Below, one piece after another: positions 57,611 to 64,000 of a DNA stretch of 64,000 nucleotides. Position 1 is the first letter of the stretch. Each line of letters begins with the position of its first letter. Position numbers and translations under genes: made by a program. This DNA comes from Naegleria gruberi. Taxonomy: Eukaryota. The stretch lies in assembly GCA_000004985.1 (NCBI GenBank), contig GG738849.1; one strand, written 5' to 3'. The notes beneath the pieces were generated by a model that worked only from the letters and a program-made list of their open reading frames with translations, searched no databases and was not told the DNA's origin.

Positions 57611-59694
57611 TCAAGAAATCCAAAGTTTGTACATGGCAGAAACAATATAGAATCCAATACATAAAATTGTTGGGGTTGGAATCAATGGCAAAGTGAATAG
57701 TCTATAATTTACACCCATCATTACTTCCAGACCTAACGAACAAATGAAGAGAAAGACTACATTAATCATCAAGGCAATACCAAGCTTTTTCATTTTAGGT
57801 CTTTTAGCAGGAGGAGTAAACATGGTACAGAATCGTTTCAGAATAAATCCAAACATTAAACATGTTGCAACGTGCATGATGGCAATTAAAACATGCATAC
57901 CAATAACAATATATGAAATTGTAGCTGCCAATCCATCCTCATCATCAGGTGAAGCATCTGCTTTTTGGCTGTAGTGAAGTAAAACAAAAGCTCCTCCAAT
58001 CAGTAAACAGAAAAATAAGTGAAGAGCCGTATTGATAATATTTCTAATAATTAATTGTCTTCTATTTCCTCCCAATGCTGCAGTTAATGTTATTGTTTGA
58101 GAAATCCAAGAGACAACCTATTGAAAAAATTAAGCTTGAATATTAAATAATATCAACTTACTGTAATTAGAATGAAAGCAATTAGGAAAGGTGACATTAT
58201 AAAGGAATAGTTATTTACAATTCTCTTAAAAGCATAGAATTTGATATTCTCAATGCCAGGAGTATCATCCATCAAATATTTGGCAGATAATGGGAATATA
58301 CAGGAAAGATTAACCATAAAGAAGAATCCAGTCAAGCCAAATATGAAAATTAATCCAATAAGGATGACCAATACTCCTTGAACAGTTTGTCTTGATTTGA
58401 GTTTAAATCTCAAATAGGCCTTTGTAAATTGTTGAAATAATACAATAATACCACAAAACAGTGGTGGATATAAAAATGCAAAAGGTAATATCCAGTATCC
58501 ATCGATTGCGTTAGGATCGTCCATTGATACGGAAAACATGTCGAAATTCATTTTGATTAGTTGTAATATGAGACAGAGAGTGGCAGAGGCTGTGGAAATT
58601 GGCACTCCCAAAAAGAATGTGAAATAATATTGAGTATTGTGACACATTTCATACATGTTTTCCAATTTTTCTCTTCCCTTGTTATGAGTTTCTAATTGTT
58701 TGGTTGCTGTTGAAACAAAATTGTTCAATTTTTGGAAGCAAAGCTTGTAGAATGAGCAAATATATGGTGCATGTAAAAGAGTGTAAAACTCTCTTTCATA
58801 TCTATTAATTTCACTTGTACCAATACTACTAACTGCCTTATCTCCCAAAATATTCCTCAAATTATAGTGATTTTGTTTGAATTTATCCTCCAACTCTTCC
58901 TCAATTTCTCCCTCGATTCTAATTTTAATTTCCTTTCTCTTTTCATCCTCAACCTCACCCTCAAATCTTGTACTATCATTATTATTAGGATTTGGATCAA
59001 AGAGTGGAATGTAAAATCTACTCTGAAGGGATTCTAATAAATTCTCCTTTTTATCAATCTCTGGTAAGTATTTCGAACCTTGGAATGAGGAAAAGATGAA
59101 TTTGGAATGTTTTGATGGAAACAATTGTTTAAGAAAGAATTTCTCCCACAAAATATTCTGTTGAGAGAGGAATAGCCACTCCTTTGAGACTTGAGAAATG
59201 GACATGATCAGAGATTCATAAGGCAAGAATGAAAATACAATAAGGAGAACATCTCTAGGTATTTGCTCCCATTGAGAAGGTACACTATATTCAGAAGTTC
59301 TATCAGGATTTACATTGAATCCATAAATTGAGTACAAGACATGATGATTGAAAACACCAATAGCTCTCGAAGAAGAAACTTGTGTTGCCTCATCATCATT
59401 TGTTTCCAATAATTCATCCATTTCATCACTTGATAATTGTTCATCAAAGGCATTACCACGAGGAGAAGTCATCATTCTCTTTCCCGATATCAATTCAATC
59501 AAACCGTTAAATACATTTCCCAAACTAAATTCTCCATTGTTATTAGCAATACTACGATTGTTGTTATGATTACTACTGTGGTGACGAGTGTTGCTTCTAT
59601 GTACAATTAGATTTGTCGTTCCGTCATCGTTTAATTGTTCCTCTTCTTCGGCATGGTGGTGCTGATCATCATTGCCCAAAGAACGTAAAGACAT
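57611..59694 (-). CDS. F-box-like N-terminal region plus a polytopic membrane domain (at least 8 TM helices). Exons 58162..59694 and 57611..58117.
   Basis: ...IPRDVLLIVFSFLPYESLIMSISQVSKEWLFLSQQNILW (F-box-like), then multiple hydrophobic helices. gtaagt...caatag intron in phase 0 joins ...FILIT/VVSWISQ... Confidence 0.5.
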
Positions 59695-59865
59695 TTTTTG
59701 ATTTTTAATAAATTGTAAGGTTTTCGTTTTGTTCTGTTATTGTGTTCCTTCTAAAATAGAGTTCTAATTCTTGTTTTTTATTGTTGTTCTAATAAGCAAT
59801 CTTAATTTTAATAGTTTAAATAACAAATATTTGTAACAAGTTAAAAAAACAGATATCTTTAGAAC

Positions 59866-60273
59866 ATGACTGATTCTCTTCCTCCAATTCCTTCCTTGAA
59901 TTTTGTTTATCATCTCGTATCGGAGAGTGCCTATTTGAAAGATGTACAAGAACACAACGGTCAATATTTCAATGGTGATAAGAGGGATGGCTTTCTTCAC
60001 ATGTCCATTGCTTCCGAAGTTGAAAAGAGTTGCAAATTGTATATGCACTCTGTAAAGGATTTGATAATATTAAAGATTGATATCAAGAGTTTGGAAGCTA
60101 GAGTTTCAAGTTCAACTGTTGTTGAGAAGATTGCCTACGATTGGGTTCCTGCAAGAAGTAATTATTTTCCTCATCTCTATGGATTATTACCAGTCGAGTG
60201 TATTGTAGATAGAATTTCCGTGCCAGTCGTTCAAGATGAACACTCTTTTGATGGTATTCACTTGGATAATTAA
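59866..60273 (+). CDS. DUF952-family small protein.
   Basis: ...RDGFLHMSIASEV...LIILKID...YDWVPARSNYFPHLYGLLPVECIV matches the DUF952 consensus DGFIHFST..Q......LL.VD....L.WE.SRGG.LFPHLYG.LPL.AV. Confidence 0.55.
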   Translation: MTDSLPPIPSLNFVYHLVSESAYLKDVQEHNGQYFNGDKRDGFLHMSIASEVEKSCKLYMHSVKDLIILKIDIKSLEARVSSSTVVEKIAYDWVPARSNYFPHLYGLLPVECIVDRISVPVVQDEHSFDGIHLDN

Positions 60274-60578
60274 ACTCTTCTATTGTTCAAAAAGCTTTTG
60301 AAAAATTCTTTCGTCAGGAGTATTTAATTCTACCATCAAAATATTGTCGGCAAAATTTCATATTAATAATATTCCATCTTTAAATCTTCATCTTTTAGTT
60401 AATATTTTCTACATATTCTTATTGTTGTTGTGTGTTTTGTTTTATTGGAGAGTGAATTCTATCATCTTTATTCAACTTAGAAAGGCGCCTTTTATGTGCT
60501 TTGTAACAGTGGTGGTTGACTCTGCCCATATTTGCCTATTTTTGGGGCCATACAATTTTGTTTTAATTAAATAAAAAA

Positions 60579-60941
60579 ATGTTGAACAGATTCGCTAAGA
60601 AGACTGCCCAAAGCGTTATTCAAACTTCTTCTAACACTTCTAGATCCCTCCACACAAATCCAGTCTATGACTACAAGGGTGCTTGGAAGACATACAAGGG
60701 TGCTAAGATGCAAGCTTTCGCTTTAGGTCTTGTTGCTTGTGTTCTTGGTCCTCTCTGGGTCTGGAAGGCTGAACACGACGATATTAGAACCGTCTACGTT
60801 TTCGATGGTAAACCAGTTTTCGCCAAGTTGAGACCAAAGTTGTACGCTTGGAAGAGTGATTGTCTCGATTGTGGTCTCTTCGATAAGGACTGTGCTGCTA
60901 TGTGTAAGCAAATTCAAGATGCCAAGAAGAAGGGTCTCTAA
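60579..60941 (+). CDS. Small (120 aa) protein with a presequence-like N-terminus, one TM helix and a C-terminal Cys cluster; probably a mitochondrial membrane protein; family unknown.
   Basis: MLNRFAKKTAQSVIQTSSNTSRSLHT (basic/hydroxylated, no acidic residues), TM FALGLVACVLGPLWVW, and CLDCGLFDKDCAAMC. Codon usage typical of expressed genes (GGT, CCA, AAG). Confidence 0.5.
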   Translation: MLNRFAKKTAQSVIQTSSNTSRSLHTNPVYDYKGAWKTYKGAKMQAFALGLVACVLGPLWVWKAEHDDIRTVYVFDGKPVFAKLRPKLYAWKSDCLDCGLFDKDCAAMCKQIQDAKKKGL

Positions 60942-61054
60942 ATTAAAATATTATCATCATCATCCGAATGAAATAACATTTTTTAAAATTGTAACTTTAA
61001 ATTAGGGATTTTTAAATTAAAGGCGCCACTATTAGGTTTTTTGAAAAGACAATT

Positions 61055-63664
61055 TTATTGTAAATTTAAAACCATTCTCTTCTTATCTGCCTTCTTTCTT
61101 CTATCGTGATTAGCACTTTTGGCCTTGTTTTCTCCTTTTTGTTTGAAGTTATTGTTGTTTCCGCCACGTTGTTGTTCATTTGGTGAGGAAGTAGTATCAC
61201 TGTTGTTATCTTGACTAGTTGTAGCACTGTTGGTAACAACCTTGTTAGTGGCAGTAGCAGTTGGTTGTTTGCTTACTTGCTTCGAGGCATCATTTGAACC
61301 TTGGTTGGATGTATCTGCAGATTGTTGTTTGGATTGTTGATGAGTGCTCACTTGATGATAGCCTCCACCTCTCTTTCCTCTATTAGCTGTTGATCCTCCT
61401 CTGTTGTTATTGTTGTTTTGATTTCTTTGAGGTTTGGAATTGGATTCGATACCAGCAGCGTTAGCATTATTTGAGGAGGATTGAGAAGTATTTGGAGTTG
61501 AGGCAGATTGATTATTGTTGTTTGATTGTTGTTGGTGATGTTTGTTTCTATTTGGATTACCTTGTTGCTTATTGCCTTGTTGCTGCTTATTCTCTTGTTG
61601 TTGCTGTTGTTGTTGAGGAGGCTTATTCTCTATTGTTTGTGGCTTTTCTTCACCATGGTGGTGTTGATGATTTGGATTACTATTGTAAGCCTTTGGAACC
61701 TTAATCTTGTTAAAGTTTTCGTCTTCATGTTCACCTTCAGTTGTGACAGCCATCACACTATCATATGAATCATCATATTCATCATCGTAGGCATATTCGA
61801 GGAGAATACGTTGCTTGATAGTTTCGTCTGTTTCATTAAAGTTGGTTCTATTGTCCTTCTTTTTACCAATTCTGACCGATGCGAAAAAGTCAGTATCCAT
61901 CCAGACAGTTGGTGAAACAATTGGTGAGGCAGGTTCGTAAGAGGATGATGATGATCCACTTGTTGAGCCAGTATTGAGAAGAGATGAAGGTGGCTTACTT
62001 CCAGTATTTGTTGGAGCCTTATAGGATTTGAGTGACAATTTGTTGTCCATCTTCTTCAAGTGCAATGGCAATTGATTATCCATGAGGGCATTTGTAGTGT
62101 TGGTAATATCATTATTGAAATGATCGAGACATGCTTGTAAGAATCCATTTCCATAATCTGGGAAGAATGATTTGAGTTGTTTGAGCATTTCTGTTAGAGC
62201 TGGTTCATCTTCACTGTTGGTTGATCCCTCTGTTTGAGCATTTTCAGATAATTTAGTGAAAATAGTTGTTGAAATATTATAGACAGAAGAGACACTACTC
62301 AGTAAAGCATTTCCCAAAATAACTTGTTCTAACCACTTTCCTAAACCATATAACTTGTCATATTGATAGATTACATAGTTGAATTTAGTTTGATCCTTAG
62401 CTTGGAATTTGAAAAATCCTTGTAAAATGTCCAATAATTCCAAAACAATTCCTGTTGCTTGTCTTGTAAGTTGCTTGTCAAGAGTAAATTTACACAAGAG
62501 TTCGAGTTTAGATTTTGGAATTTGTTCCTTCTTGAATGATGATTCAAAATATCTAGTGTACAATGTTTCCATATGACTTGTTGTTGATCTATTTGAATGA
62601 GTTTCTCCAGTAATTAAATCTTCAATATTTCTCATATAGTATTCTCTAAACAAAACATGAAGAATAGAAACAATATTAAGTTTGACTTGTCTGCATACAA
62701 ATCTATAATCAGGGTCATCACCAATAATACTCAAAAGTTGGGGTATAATCTTATCGTGACATTCCATCAAAAGATTAGGGAATTGATAATTGACAGGAGT
62801 TTTGGTTTCTCTAGTGTCAACCATGAAAGCATAGGACGCCAGTGGGAAAACATCAAGGAGGGATCTTATGGTAAATGTAGAATCGTATAAATAGTAAATT
62901 AACTTTCTAATTTGATGACAATCAGATTTTGAGTTTGAAGTCACCTTGTTTGAGGCATCAAACAAATCTCTCCACGTAACACAAATACTATTCAAAACAT
63001 GTTCATTGAGTTCGTGCATATAATTTGGTGAAGAGAGGAAAATTCTGGAAAGTAACTCGGTGGTAAGCATTGAATTAGGATATCCATAAAGTGAAGAGAG
63101 ATCAAATATTTTACCAACATCTAGTAAATGCTTTTCACAAATGACAAACCCAGCATCTAACCATTCTTCACGATTTACATTATTCAAGTCTGTTGGATGT
63201 GAAATGTCAATATTTCCCTTTCCATGTAAATTAAAGTTCATAAATAATCTATAGTAAATCATGAAGAGACGTCTATATATTTTGATTTCCTCACGTTGTT
63301 CATTCCTTGGACAATTTTCATTGATTTGATTAAATCCAATATCAAAAGGTCTCGGAAACAATCTAAATACACTTTCTAAGCTTCTCTTGAGAGAGGTATC
63401 ATTCAACATGAGCACCCAAAAATCATGATCATTACAAGTTAACAATTTATGATAATCTCTATTCAAAATTTTTAAACATTCAATTCTAGTTATTCTCTTA
63501 TCAGATGCCAACAATGGATTTAAACGATCCATGAACGGAATCATTTCCAATCCTTGTCCCTTTCCTAAAGAATAATAATTCTCTAGCCTAGTATGTAATT
63601 GAGTAAAGGATTGAACATCAATGGGAGTATTGTTCATTTTGTGTGTGATGATGAATTTTTTCAA
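61055..63664 (-). CDS. ASCC2: Activating signal cointegrator 1 complex subunit 2-like protein (CUE-domain) with a long Gln/Asn/Ser-rich C-terminal tail.
   Basis: CUE region ...LKSFFPDYGNGFLQACLDHFNNDITNTTNALMDNQLP matches the human ASCC2 motif DLLPDLGEGFILACLEYYHYDPEQVINNILE. Large helical N-terminal domain. Probable real start MNNTPIDV (about 63637). Confidence 0.65.
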   Translation of the reverse strand: MKKFIITHKMNNTPIDVQSFTQLHTRLENYYSLGKGQGLEMIPFMDRLNPLLASDKRITRIECLKILNRDYHKLLTCNDHDFWVLMLNDTSLKRSLESVFRLFPRPFDIGFNQINENCPRNEQREEIKIYRRLFMIYYRLFMNFNLHGKGNIDISHPTDLNNVNREEWLDAGFVICEKHLLDVGKIFDLSSLYGYPNSMLTTELLSRIFLSSPNYMHELNEHVLNSICVTWRDLFDASNKVTSNSKSDCHQIRKLIYYLYDSTFTIRSLLDVFPLASYAFMVDTRETKTPVNYQFPNLLMECHDKIIPQLLSIIGDDPDYRFVCRQVKLNIVSILHVLFREYYMRNIEDLITGETHSNRSTTSHMETLYTRYFESSFKKEQIPKSKLELLCKFTLDKQLTRQATGIVLELLDILQGFFKFQAKDQTKFNYVIYQYDKLYGLGKWLEQVILGNALLSSVSSVYNISTTIFTKLSENAQTEGSTNSEDEPALTEMLKQLKSFFPDYGNGFLQACLDHFNNDITNTTNALMDNQLPLHLKKMDNKLSLKSYKAPTNTGSKPPSSLLNTGSTSGSSSSSYEPASPIVSPTVWMDTDFFASVRIGKKKDNRTNFNETDETIKQRILLEYAYDDEYDDSYDSVMAVTTEGEHEDENFNKIKVPKAYNSNPNHQHHHGEEKPQTIENKPPQQQQQQQENKQQQGNKQQGNPNRNKHHQQQSNNNNQSASTPNTSQSSSNNANAAGIESNSKPQRNQNNNNNRGGSTANRGKRGGGYHQVSTHQQSKQQSADTSNQGSNDASKQVSKQPTATATNKVVTNSATTSQDNNSDTTSSPNEQQRGGNNNNFKQKGENKAKSANHDRRKKADKKRMVLNLQ

Positions 63665-64000
63665 ATTTTTTGTTTTATTTTTAAAAATATTAAATAATCA
63701 AATTGCTGATGGTGATGAGCAAAAACTTCAAGGCAACAATTTCGGGAATGAACTCAAGTACGATATTGAACAGAATAATTGTTTCCTTGATGGTGTGAAG
63801 AAAAAGATAATGTTTAATTTGAGACTAATTTTGAAATGTTTAGCAACCTACAATATAATCCTAAATTCTATTTAATAATCTGTAGTGAGAGAACAATTGT
63901 AAAGATTGAGTTTCCATGGAAACAAATTTCAAGAACAATCATCAGCTGATGAATGAGATTGGAATTTCTCCTCATATACGGAAACAAAAAGGAAAACTTT

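Noticed and set aside
1-64000. Prokaryotic features (operons, CRISPR arrays, rRNA, phage or defence islands).
   Set aside because: Pervasive GT-AG introns, poly-Q/N proteins, Rab/ESCRT/ubiquitin-E1 genes and a eukaryotic-type tRNA make this clearly nuclear eukaryotic DNA. No direct-repeat or spacer arrays are present.

Overview
This is a gene-dense eukaryotic nuclear locus, not prokaryotic. Both strands are used, and there are no CRISPR arrays or operon-like structures. The window is AT-rich, with short AT-rich spliceosomal introns (GTAAGT/GTATGT ... AG, about 40-200 nt), standard stop codons, and many Asn/Gln/Ser/Thr-rich low-complexity coding tracts. Codon usage (GGT, CCA, TCA, AGA, GAT preferred) and the gene content (Rab21, sedolisin/TPP1, TBCK, CHMP7, ITFG2, archaemetzincin) best fit an amoebozoan, probably a dictyostelid-like social amoeba. 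Intergenic DNA here is less AT-extreme than in D. discoideum, so the taxon is inferred, not proven. I can support about 34 protein-coding genes and one tRNA-Thr(AGT). The recognisable products are: Mer3/HFM1-like helicase, TRAPPC2L, pterin-4a-carbinolamine dehydratase, a WD40+solenoid coat-like protein, ITFG2 (KICSTOR), CHMP7, NTMT1, a 7TM membrane protein, archaemetzincin, sedolisin/TPP1, Rab21, a GT4 glycosyltransferase, an FHA protein, CstF-64, an RPAP3-like TPR protein, UBA1 (E1), an F-box/LRR protein, an EF-hand protein, TBCK, a bacterial-type RsmI methyltransferase, a DUF952 protein and ASCC2. Several low-complexity or unknown proteins and two F-box-like polytopic membrane proteins are also present. 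The most notable observations are: (1) four convergent gene pairs whose stop codons lie 1-18 nt apart; (2) a 39-bp bidirectional promoter and a 14-nt same-strand intergenic gap; (3) three places where coding continues in a different frame without a canonical intron; (4) a tRNA nested in the 5' region of a 7TM gene; (5) a 2.7-kb ORF-poor stretch; (6) two paralog-like F-box+transmembrane proteins. The supplied ORF track translates TTG/GTG/CTG as M in places, so several track starts are not real ATGs. I found no single 'new system' of the defence-island kind; the novelty is in genome architecture and a few unusual domain architectures. All intron and exon coordinates were derived by hand from the sequence text and may be off by a few nucleotides.
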